64,000 nt of DNA from Naegleria gruberi. Its lineage: Eukaryota. Every line of letters begins with the position of its first letter. The first letter of the stretch is position 1. The DNA lies in assembly GCA_000004985.1 (NCBI GenBank), contig GG738911.1; one strand, given 5' to 3'. This document shows positions 30,351-39,234 of this stretch, one piece after another. The translations under genes were made by a program, and so were the position numbers. Below the pieces are notes generated by a model. That model searched no databases, was not told where the DNA came from, and saw only the letters and a program-made list of their open reading frames with translations.

Positions 30351-30911
30351 TTTTTATGGAAATTAGGATTTTGAAAATAAATCGAGAGTAAATTTACATC
30401 AATTAAGAGGATTTCCTGCATTGGTGGTAAGTTTCATCAACTATACATCACAAACAAGAGGATTTTCAAAAATTAGCAAAAATTATTGAAACCACTTTTG
30501 ATCTCCAAAAATTCTAAAAATGAAATTCCCAATTCTCAATCCAATTAATCTTGTCCGATGATATGATTCCTCATCAGACAAATTTAATTTCTGGAGACTA
30601 TCAATTCGTTTACACAAATTATGGAAAGTCATATGATAACAAGGAGTCTGATGTTTATGTCTTTGTGAAACGACCAAAATTCAAATTTTCATTCGAAACT
30701 TGTTATGATATTCATCAAATTTATTTTCTACATGTCGAATATGGGAATTATTTCGAAACTAGTTTCTATTTTTCAAACTTAACGCGTATGATAAGAAAAT
30801 TTTGATTTGGACTCATAAGAAATAAACAATACTTTCTGCCAATGAGCACCAACACAACACAATTAAGCAAAATCTTGAATTAATTATGTCCTCGTTTCTC
30901 CTTAATGTGAA

Positions 30912-30992
30912 GCAGGGGTTCCCGAGTGGTCAAAGGGGGTAGACTCAAGTTCTACTGCGCAAGCTTCGTGGGTTCAAATCCCACCTTCTGCA
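30912..30992 (+). tRNA. tRNA-Leu (anticodon CAA), type II with long variable arm
   Basis: GCAGGGGTTCCCGAGTGGTCAAAGGGGGTAGACTCAAGTTCTACTGCGCAAGCTTCGTGGGTTCAAATCCCACCTTCTGCA. Anticodon stem GTAGA/TCTAC, loop CTCAAGT. T-arm GTGGG/TTCAAAT/CCCAC. The decoded codon UUG matches the most used Leu codon in this window. Confidence 0.85.
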
Positions 30993-30993
30993 G

Positions 30994-31011
30994 TTTTGCT
31001 TTTAATTTTTT
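30994..31011 (+). terminator. pol III T-run terminator downstream of tRNA-Leu
   Basis: Sequence ttttgcttttaatttttt immediately 3' of the tRNA. Confidence 0.4.
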
Positions 31012-31338
31012 ACCTTAATGAGTTAATATAATTTTTGAATTAAAATATCTTGAATATAATGTCTACTAGATACCTCGAAAAGATGGAATTTTCTTTTCAA
31101 ATGTTCAAAGAGTAAATCAACAATGATGACATGGTCCTCTCCATGCCAAGCTAAAAATATCAGTAAAAAGTTTAATAATTCTTTCGACTTGTTACATACC
31201 ATAATAGGATTGTTCTTTAACTGTTCCTTTATCATTGATTGTTCGAGTTGAACTTCAAGTTTAAATGTTAATAAATAAAGCTAAAATCTATTAGCAAATG
31301 TATATGCCATTTGTATTATCTTAAGGTAATGGATGTAA

Positions 31339-31411
31339 GGGGACTTGGCGCAGTCGGTAGCGCGTAGGTCTCATAATCCTAAGGTCGTGAGTTCGATCCT
31401 CACAGTCCCCA
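31339..31411 (+). tRNA. tRNA-Met elongator (anticodon CAT)
   Basis: GGGGACTTGGCGCAGTCGGTAGCGCGTAGGTCTCATAATCCTAAGGTCGTGAGTTCGATCCTCACAGTCCCCA. G1:C72 and a TTCGATC T-loop mark it as elongator, not initiator. T-run follows. Confidence 0.85.
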
Positions 31412-31558
31412 AGATTTTGCTCTTTTGAAAATCCTTATTCATTCCTACTCCAATATCACCTTGTTGCCTTAAAAAAAATTTAACAATAAAAAATTACCAG
31501 GCTCAAAGTAGCTGCTACTTGGGCGATTCACAAATAACCAATTACTTTTAAATTTAGC

Positions 31559-31810
31559 ATGCTGATGATGAATTCCTCATCACCCACTACTTCCTCACAA
31601 CTCGTAGTAGATGATCATGAGGGATCGACACCAAATTCCAGCACTGAAATTAACTTCCTCTCACCTACCACTCTCTCGGATGGTCCATTTACTTCATCTA
31701 CATTAACTTCCCCAACAAATTCTCTATCTATTCTTTCCAGTCAGCAACTAACTTCACAACAATTAATTGCCTCATCAAATTCTTCAACCTCTGATCAACA
31801 ACATATCTGA
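31559..31810 (+). CDS. family member 2, S/T-rich N-terminal segment (frame 1)
   Basis: ATG at 31559, 'MLMMNSSSPTTSSQLVVDDHEGSTPNSSTEINFLSPTTLSDGPFTSSTLTSPTN...'. Overlaps the next ORF by 44 nt in the +1 frame. Confidence 0.5.
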   Translation: MLMMNSSSPTTSSQLVVDDHEGSTPNSSTEINFLSPTTLSDGPFTSSTLTSPTNSLSILSSQQLTSQQLIASSNSSTSDQQHI

Positions 31811-32609
31811 GAGACTTCCCAGAACAAGTTTTATAGCTCAACGAAAGGAAGAATCAGAGAGACCATATGTTCTCTCTCCACACTCAACAGTGTTGATTCA
31901 TGAATATCCGAATGGTCCTATCAGGGAGAAATTAGTTGAAATGGTTTATTCTCCATTGGATACTCAACAATATTTGAGATTTGCTGGTGGGAGAGCAATT
32001 GAGAATATGAAGGGAACTCTACGACATTATGGATATTCGAGGGATATGCATTCGATTGTGGAAGATGTGGAAACTAATTTAGTATTTCCATTAAATAGAA
32101 TATTGGAGAGACATCAATTGATTAGTTCTCACTATGAAATGTATTTTAAAATGTTGCTAAATTCATTAATATTTATTGCAATCATTACTTTGGGATGTGG
32201 ATTGGTGTTCTTTCCATGTTTGTTACTAATTCAATATTTACATTGGAAACATGTGAAAAATTATGATAAGAATGTGAAAGAGAGAATCCACAGAATTTTA
32301 GAAAGAGAAAATAAGAAGTATCTTCCTTATGGTTTCGAATGGATTATCAAATATAGCATAATCAATTCTGACAAGAAGAGGACATGTGTAGGAATAAGGA
32401 CAGAATTGGCATGTGTCCAAGAGGTTGTTCTTTCGCTCATCCATGTTCGATCTAATCCCTTCTCTTCCAAAATAGGGTCACCTCCATTGTCAAGTTTCAG
32501 CTCTGTAATTTCATCTTCTTCAAGCATTGTGAAGGAAACACCATCGTCAATTAATGGAAATCCTGCTCTTTCAGAAGAAACCACTCCTTCAACAAGTAAT
32601 CAACTTTAA
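31767..32609 (+). CDS. family member 2, main segment (conserved motifs plus TM); no in-frame ATG before the conserved region
   Basis: Motifs 'EYPNGPIREKLVEMV', 'DVETNLVFPLNRILERH', TM 'YFKMLLNSLIFIAIITLGCGLVFFPCLLLIQYL', 'ILERENKKYLPYGFEWIIKY'. The first in-frame ATG lies downstream of 'YPNGPIRE', so the N-terminus must come from the 31559 frame. Confidence 0.6.
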   Translation: MPHQILQPLINNISERLPRTSFIAQRKEESERPYVLSPHSTVLIHEYPNGPIREKLVEMVYSPLDTQQYLRFAGGRAIENMKGTLRHYGYSRDMHSIVEDVETNLVFPLNRILERHQLISSHYEMYFKMLLNSLIFIAIITLGCGLVFFPCLLLIQYLHWKHVKNYDKNVKERIHRILERENKKYLPYGFEWIIKYSIINSDKKRTCVGIRTELACVQEVVLSLIHVRSNPFSSKIGSPPLSSFSSVISSSSSIVKETPSSINGNPALSEETTPSTSNQL

Positions 32610-32723
32610 ACTTAATTCAAACATGTATTATATATCTCTTTGAAAAAAAAGCAATTGCTTGCTACAGGATTGTACTGTATCATGAATTCCCTCCAATAAA
32701 TCTTTCTAAGAAATAATGAACGA

Positions 32724-33743
32724 ATGGTCGTATCCAAATATGGCAAATTACTTTCCATTCAAGATTGCAGCAATCCAACAAACGGCGCGCTCATTAATTA
32801 TCAAACAATAAAAAAAACCACCACAACCTCCATCCCAAGAGGATTGCATCCCTACTACTCCTCGTTATCCTCATATTGTTGGATTCTCTTCAACTTGCTA
32901 ACCTCCTCAACCACCCTTAATAACAGTAGAGCACAGAAACGTAAAATGCAGCAGAGGTCTTCATCAATATATTGTGTAAATTCAGTCTCAGTGATCTCTC
33001 CACAAACTACTAATCAGACAAATAATCAGAGTTTCAGATCTCCATCGCGGAATGTTTATAAAACTTCGTCATCTTCTTCTCCCTCAGTAAATCCACATCG
33101 ACACGAATCAACAATTCGAATACCAAAACCATCCTATGTGGTCGTTCAGCAACAGGATACGACCACCACAATTTTAACCGAGTCTCAATTTCCCAATGAT
33201 GGTCCTAAAGTGGAAGTTTTATTGCAAACGAAAATTGGAATGAAAGGTCCTAATTTTTCGATTAGTAATTCTGGGTCATTGATTGGGTGTTTGGAACAGT
33301 GTGGAATGTCAAATTCGATAGAAATGGTGACGGATATTGAGTCTTCTATTTTAAAACCTTTAAATTCTCTATTTTTGGAATACTATGCCAAATTTAGAAA
33401 ATATGAAATGCTGTATTTAATAATGATACTTGTAGCAGTAGGAATTATAATCATGACAATGGGATTAGGCCTTGCCTTTGCTTTAATAATATTCATCCCA
33501 AAAATTTTGAAAAATCGACAATTTGCCAATTTTGGAAAAATTAAAGAAAAAATTCGACTACTTTTAGAAAGAGAAAATCAAACCAAATATTTACCCTACC
33601 ACATGGAATGGGTTATTCAATACGGAATTTCTCCTCCAGAAAACAATCCAGACGATCAAACACTCGATGGAAGATGCATCCAAAATGCTACTTTACAATT
33701 ATTAAGAGTTAAAATCGAATCAGAATTGGAAGAAATTATTTAA
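32724..33743 (+). CDS. family member 3 (single TM, S/T-rich N-terminus)
   Basis: 339 aa. Motifs 'FPNDGPKVEVLL', 'DIESSILKPLNSLFLEYY', TM 'LYLIMILVAVGIIIMTMGLGLAFALIIFIP', 'LLERENQTKYLPYHMEWVIQY'. Confidence 0.6.
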   Translation: MVVSKYGKLLSIQDCSNPTNGALINYQTIKKTTTTSIPRGLHPYYSSLSSYCWILFNLLTSSTTLNNSRAQKRKMQQRSSSIYCVNSVSVISPQTTNQTNNQSFRSPSRNVYKTSSSSSPSVNPHRHESTIRIPKPSYVVVQQQDTTTTILTESQFPNDGPKVEVLLQTKIGMKGPNFSISNSGSLIGCLEQCGMSNSIEMVTDIESSILKPLNSLFLEYYAKFRKYEMLYLIMILVAVGIIIMTMGLGLAFALIIFIPKILKNRQFANFGKIKEKIRLLLERENQTKYLPYHMEWVIQYGISPPENNPDDQTLDGRCIQNATLQLLRVKIESELEEII

Positions 33744-33843
33744 TAAAAATTCTAAAACTATTTCAAAAATTATTTACTAAAAATTCTCAAAGTTTGTTTT
33801 CTATTTTTCTAGAAATAAGTTTAAAATTAATTTTTAAAAAAAA

Positions 33844-35439
33844 ATGGAATCACCTCTGAAAAAGAAGAAACTCAATCACGCTGCGGAAGAAAAAGAGAAA
33901 AATATTGATTCCGATGATGATGATCAGAATAATGATGAAAATGTAAAAATAATATTATCTAATGATGATGGTTTAATGGAAAGTATTCTATTGAAGAAGA
34001 AACTTGGAGGAAACAAAATTAGAACTCTCAATACAAAGATCACACTCTCCGAGGTTTCTATTGATTGTCTTGCAAATGATGATGTGCAGATTCGAATATG
34101 TCACCAGAAAAAGTTATTGTTTCTTAGTTGTTGCAAAAATATTCACATTTACAATTATGAGGAAGATTTGAAACTTGTTAGGAAAATTAATGTGAAATTT
34201 GATAGTTTTGAAGTCGATAGTGTTGGTGAACACTTGTTTGTAATCTCAATTAGTGGCATGTCAAAATATAGACTTGATGACATGTCAGAATTGTGGACTT
34301 TTAGAGAAAACGTGTATTGTTTTACTATTAGTGAATCCAGAAATGAAATTTTCATTCCCAATAATTTGGAAGTTAACGTTTTGGATATGAATGATGGCTC
34401 AGTCAAGAGGAAAATTCCATTTCAATTAAGCCAAGGTTATTGCGCAGATATTGTCTATGATGAAGAGGAGGAAACCATTTATCTATCAGTTAATGTTGAT
34501 AGTTTTGAAGTTTATGACTTCAAATTATTAATAGTTTCAGAAAAAACTAGAACACAAACTGAACTTGTTTGTGATCAGAGATTTAGCCATCTCTTCTTCT
34601 ATGAAAGATATCTTGTATATATCACAGTAGTGGAAGTAGTCTATCTTTTTGAAAAGAAAACTAATAATTTATTATTAACATTTAAATTGGATAAAATTAG
34701 ATATTACAATTCCTATTTTGATAGATTAACCAATACTTTAATATATCTAAATAGACAGAAAATATGTTTTAAAAAGTTACACATTGAGGAAAATATTATT
34801 GAAACTCCACTCAACAAGGAGATTTGTCTTGCACTTGAGAAATTTGGAGGCAAATTACCATCTTTCATTCCAAAAGTTCAAGTTTTAAACGAATTTGTTA
34901 TTCCAGAATGTTTACAATATCTATGGAGAGTTGAGTTTGAAAATTCAAAGTTTTGGTATATTGAGAAAGAGATTGCAAAATATGTTTCTTTTCGAGATTG
35001 TAACTTTGGATACATTACTGAAAGATGGATGGGAAAAGATGATATTCTCTTAATTGGAGATTGTCCAACAAGTTCAGAATTGGAAAATAACAAGTTTGCC
35101 CTCTGTATCTTTGTAAAGAAAGAGGAAGTTTCCAAGGTATCAAATGGCGACTTTTCAATTTATTTGCGTTACTTTGATGAATCTTCTTATGATTATATTA
35201 TTCAGAGTTTCAAATTTTCAGAATTTGTTTCAAAATTGAGTGTTGCAGAACTTGTAAAATTAGAAGACTTTTCAGAATATTTGATTCATTTTGAAAAGAN
35301 NNNNNNNNNNNNNNNNNNNNNNNNNNNNNNNNNNNNNNNNNNNNNNNNNNNNNNNNNNNNNNNNNNNNTAAGAAAGATTAACAATATACTGTTACAGATG
35401 GTTTGGCATCAAATAAAGAAAAATTGGAATGAAAATTGA
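33844..35439 (+). CDS. clustered lineage-specific family, copy 1 (interrupted by the assembly gap)
   Basis: Starts 'MESPLKKKKLNH...DENVKII...LKKKLGGNKI...FEVDSVGEHLF...LDMNDGSVKRKI...IIETPLNKEICLALEKFGGKLPSFIPKVQ...VIPECLQYLWRVEFENSKFWYIEKEI...DFSIYLRY'. These motifs are shared with 46395..48092, 48179..49867 and 49911..51740. The N-run falls in the C-terminal part, so the C-terminus is unreliable. Confidence 0.6.
   Translation: MESPLKKKKLNHAAEEKEKNIDSDDDDQNNDENVKIILSNDDGLMESILLKKKLGGNKIRTLNTKITLSEVSIDCLANDDVQIRICHQKKLLFLSCCKNIHIYNYEEDLKLVRKINVKFDSFEVDSVGEHLFVISISGMSKYRLDDMSELWTFRENVYCFTISESRNEIFIPNNLEVNVLDMNDGSVKRKIPFQLSQGYCADIVYDEEEETIYLSVNVDSFEVYDFKLLIVSEKTRTQTELVCDQRFSHLFFYERYLVYITVVEVVYLFEKKTNNLLLTFKLDKIRYYNSYFDRLTNTLIYLNRQKICFKKLHIEENIIETPLNKEICLALEKFGGKLPSFIPKVQVLNEFVIPECLQYLWRVEFENSKFWYIEKEIAKYVSFRDCNFGYITERWMGKDDILLIGDCPTSSELENNKFALCIFVKKEEVSKVSNGDFSIYLRYFDESSYDYIIQSFKFSEFVSKLSVAELVKLEDFSEYLIHFEKXXXXXXXXXXXXXXXXXXXXXXXXRKINNILLQMVWHQIKKNWNEN
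35300..35368. other. assembly gap (69 N)
   Basis: A run of n characters. This is a draft scaffold join of unknown true length. Confidence 0.95.
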
Positions 35440-35957
35440 TTGTAAATTATTTATTGAAGATTATTGAAAGAACATGAGTGAATTTCAATTTTGAATTATA
35501 CATACGTTGAATTGAAAGAACTACGTTTATTGAAAGAGCAATGTGAAATCAATGTGAAATTAACGCTATGATAAATGGAGCTGAGAGTCATGTTACTAAC
35601 TTATGCTTCATAATTATGTGTTCTTGGAATAAACTATCATTGTTGCTCCACAAGGCTTTGCATAGGTGTCATATTTAGATATTACTGATGTCAAATTCAT
35701 AGAAACCTTGCTTTCAGTATCAGAAACGCTTTGCAAATTACTAGTTGGAGTTGACACATGAAACTAGAAACTGTAATATTAATGAGAAGATTTGTATGAA
35801 CTTGTTGGTAAATCGGTTGAAGAATAACGATCTTACAGTATTAAATATAAATAATACCCAGACAATTAATTGAAAAGGTAAGCTGTATTTAAGGCTTATT
35901 TATTTTTATTTCAAGAACCCCTTACTGACAGAGTTCAGTAAATTTTTATAAGTGTAA

Positions 35958-36010
35958 GGGACCATGGTCTAGTGGTATGATTCTCGCTTTGGGTGCGAGA
36001 GGCCGTGGGA
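35958..36010 (+). pseudogene. tRNA-Pro(TGG)-like 5' two-thirds fragment (acceptor 5' strand, D-arm, anticodon arm), lacking T-arm and 3' acceptor
   Basis: GGGACCATGGTCTAGTGGTATGATTCTCGCTTTGGGTGCGAGAGGCCGTGGG. Anticodon stem CTCGC/GCGAG, loop TTTGGGT. Nearly identical to eukaryotic tRNA-Pro up to the variable loop, then runs into a minus-strand Glu-like sequence. Confidence 0.5.
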
Positions 36011-36061
36011 ATCGATCTCCTGGGTGAGAGCCAGGTATCTTAGCCATTGGACCACACGGGT
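36011..36061 (-). pseudogene. tRNA-Glu(CTC)-like 5' fragment, truncated in the T-arm; copy of the intact gene at 12683..12754
   Basis: Minus-strand read ACCCGTGTGGTCCAATGGCTAAGATACCTGGCTCTCACCCAGGAGATCGATTCCCAC. About 46 nt identical to the intact tRNA-Glu, but the first base is T->A and the 5' half of the T-stem is deleted. Confidence 0.5.
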
Positions 36062-37400
36062 TAGACCAGTCTTTCACAAATATTTATTATTTTGGTTGTC
36101 CTTAAATAGATAAAAAGACTACAACACCACAGGTTCCCAAGTTGTCTCCAACCTCAGTACTGATGCTCGACGATGCTTAACTTCTCAAATCGGACGGGAT
36201 GAGGTGTATTCATCGTGATATGGCCGTAGCCATTCATTTAATGAAAATATGGACCATAAATCTAATATCAAACGTATTGCTAACTTTGGCAATAAAACAA
36301 CATAAGTAGTCAAAAATTCTATCATATCTTTTATACCATCTTAAAGATTTTCAACTATTCTAATTGCATGCACACGGCAATATTCATCATTCAGTGTTAC
36401 TCATTCAATAACAGTAAATAGCACCCAAATGGATACGAATCAAGAAAAACAATCCTACTGTAATGCATGTATTCCGTTACAATAGGTAAAATATCTAATA
36501 TTTCATTCTTGTCATTGTAAAATTAACTGTAATATGATTGTGATCTTGTAAGGTTGTTTTATGGGTAATAATCATGAAAAACTCCACATCTCCTATTATT
36601 GTAACCAACGTTTTATTCTCCCAGTTCCAAATCAAGAACTGTTTTATTAAGTCACTCACTTATTGACATTTAACATGTAGCAATTCAAAGAACACCAAAC
36701 TCAATTCCAATTCCTCTCCATTCCATTCCTTAATAACACACCTCAATAATTTCAATTTTTTATTGTAAATCTTTGTAAACTATTGAAAGATTCTCAAGCA
36801 AGGAATCTTTCCATACTGTAATTCAAAAGTAAAAACGCGAAACAGCAAAATTTCCAAAAGCAACAACGCGAATCACTATAAACAAGTTCACTCCCTTTGT
36901 TGAATGTGTTAAAATCGCCATATTTCAAAGACCCTGGACCAAAATCAAAGGATGGTTTGTTTGGCAATTCAACCAAACGCGAAAATCATTGCATGAAATG
37001 GAATCACCTTAATGGAGAGGAGTGTAGTGATTTACTGTTGAAATTTTTGGTAATTTTTCACATGAATTGAAGGGAATGAAAGGAGTGCAGTTGAAGAATT
37101 GAAGAAAAAGCCAACAATTTTCCAAGAAATGTCAATCAGTAAAAACAATCCTTACTTTTTCAGACACCTGTGCTACCAAATTTCATTTTCACTTTTCCTT
37201 TTCATCAAGTAATTGTGCTTTCCCGCTCCAGAAACCCAATCACACCTTCAAGCCAATCCATCCTGAAAATCTAAAGAGGAAACGGAAGAAGAACTCCGAT
37301 AAAAAAATGGGCGCTAAAAATAATGAGCCTTCACTTTGCTTGTCAAGACCTCATAAAAAACATCTTTTGATTTTTTTTAGCCTTTAAAAAAAATACAAAT

Positions 37401-37532
37401 ATGCAATTTAAATACGTTATTGCCGCCCTTATGGTGATGGTATGCCTCTTGGCTCCAACCATGATGGTTAAAGCTGAAAAGTCAGTTATGGGATGTGAAA
37501 TCTGTGAATGGTTGGTTGCTACCGCCGAAGGT
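37401..37532 (+). CDS. multi-saposin (SapB domain x5) amoebapore/saposin-like secreted protein, exon 1
   Basis: 'MQFKYVIAALMVMVCLLAPTMMVKA' is a signal peptide, then 'EKSVMGCEICEWLVATAEG'. Donor GGT|GTAGGT. Confidence 0.75.
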
Positions 37533-37649
37533 GTAGGTATTTTCTTGTAATTTTTATGATCTCTAATGATGATGCTGATGAAATATTGTTGTATTATTAA
37601 TATCTTGGTGATGATGATGATTTTATTATAATGCGCAAAATATCTTCAG

Positions 37650-37908
37650 TTGGTTAACAAGACCAAGCCACAAATCGAACAAGAATTGTTGCAAGTCTGC
37701 TCCAAGTTGGGTCCATATGAACAACTCTGTGACCAAATGGTCTTGATGGAATTGCCAGATATTATCGATGCTATTATTGCTAAGGAACCACCAGCAATTG
37801 TCTGTGCTCAAGTTAAGATCTGTGCCAACTCTTCTGCTCCAGCTATTGCTACTGCTCCAAAGGACTCTGGTATCTGTAACATGTGTCAATTGGTTGTTAC
37901 TCAAGTTG
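37650..37908 (+). CDS. saposin-like protein, exon 2 (intron 1 = 37533..37649, 117 nt)
   Basis: Acceptor cttcag|TTG. Encodes 'LVNKTKPQIEQELLQVCSKLGPYEQLCDQMVLMELPDIIDAIIAKEPPAIVCAQVKIC...GICNMCQLVVTQV'. Donor G|GTATGT, phase 1. Confidence 0.75.
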
Positions 37909-38072
37909 GTATGTTTTATAACCGTTAATTGTTGTTTTTGTGTATTAACTAATTAATTCTTTTAATATTTGATAATGATGAAAATAATTATCACATGATT
38001 ATTCATGATTATTATCCAAACACTTGATGCGCTATTTGACGTTTTAAAAATCGATATCATTCACAATAATAG

Positions 38073-38806
38073 AAAACTGGGTTGAAAGCAATGATACTAT
38101 CATGACTTTGGAAAAGAAGTTGGAACAAGTCTGTAATGTTATTCCAGGACAATACTCCACTCTCTGTACTTATGCTGTTGAACAATACTTGCCAACTTTC
38201 ATTCACCAAGTTGAACAACAATACTCTCCATTGGTCATTTGTCAAGATGTTAGTTTGTGCTCAAAGCAAGAAGCTCCAAAGGTTGTTGCTCCACAACCAG
38301 CTGCTGCTGAATTGTGCCCAATCTGTAAGGCTGCTGTCGGTTTCTTGAAGTCCAAGATCTCCACTGTTGATGTCCCAACCATCAAGAAGCAATTGGAATT
38401 CGCTTGTACTTTCTTCCAAGTTGAAGATTGTCAACAATTGGTTGATAAGGCTGCTGATATTGCTCAAGCCATCCAAACTGAAGATGCTAATACCATCTGT
38501 TCATCTGTTGTTGATGTCTGCCCAAAGGAACAAGTTACCTTGAAGGCTCAATGGAATCCATTCAAGAAGTTCCTCGAAGCTAAGAATGCCAAGTATTGTC
38601 CAACTTGTTTGGCCATTACCCAATATTTGGAAAATGCCATCACTTCTGATGTTGCTGTTGCTGAACTCATCAAGATTGCTGACCTCGGTTGTGCCAAGTT
38701 GGGTTCTTTGGAATCTCTCTGTACCAAGTTTGTTCCTCTTGCTGTTGACGAATTGAAGAAGTCATCCTCGAAAAGGTTACCCCACAAAAGGTCTGTTCCA
38801 CTTTGA
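38073..38806 (+). CDS. saposin-like protein, exon 3, first frame (intron 2 = 37909..38072, 164 nt)
   Basis: Acceptor aatag|AA gives 'QVENWVESNDTIMTLEKKLEQVCNVIPG...', with the 6-Cys SapB spacing repeated. The frame closes at 38806 inside the fourth SapB domain. Confidence 0.7.
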
Positions 38807-39156
38807 AGATGTGTGATGCTGCTGATAAGATGTCTCTTGCTGCTCCAGTTATTGCTGCTAAGGTTGAAGATTCCTCAATGTGTCTTGGTTGTGAATATGT
38901 TATTGGTGTTGCTGACAACTGGTTGATTGCTAACAATACTCAACAATCTGTTGAATCCACTTTGGATATGGTCTGTAACGACTTTGTTCCATCTGTCTAC
39001 AAGTCTCAATGTGTTGCTTTGGTTGCTCAATACACTCCACAACTCGTCCAACTCTTCGAAGCTAAGGTCTTTAACCCACAAACTGTCTGTAAGGCTATTG
39101 GTGTCTGTACCTCTGCTAAGAGACAAGCTATCAACAAGCAAATCCAAATGAACTAA
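38803..39156 (+). CDS. saposin-like protein, continuation after a frame break (last 1.5 SapB domains)
   Basis: 'MCDAADK...MCLGCEYVIGVADNWLIANNTQQSVESTLDMVCNDFVPSVYKSQCVALVAQYTPQLVQLFEAKVFNPQTVCKAIGVC'. The Cys spacing continues only if the frame changes between ~38750 and 38806. Confidence 0.7.
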   Translation: MKMCDAADKMSLAAPVIAAKVEDSSMCLGCEYVIGVADNWLIANNTQQSVESTLDMVCNDFVPSVYKSQCVALVAQYTPQLVQLFEAKVFNPQTVCKAIGVCTSAKRQAINKQIQMN

Positions 39157-39234
39157 ATGTTTAGTTTTTAATTTATATTTTCATTCTATTTCTTCTTGAA
39201 GTGCATTTTACAAAATGAACAAATTGAAAAAAAT

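Noticed and set aside
30483-30805. Small ORFs 30551..30805 (+) and 30483..30677 (-) between the ankyrin gene and tRNA-Leu as genes
   Set aside because: No recognisable motifs. They overlap each other on opposite strands. Possibly UTR or tRNA-flank sequence, so not called.
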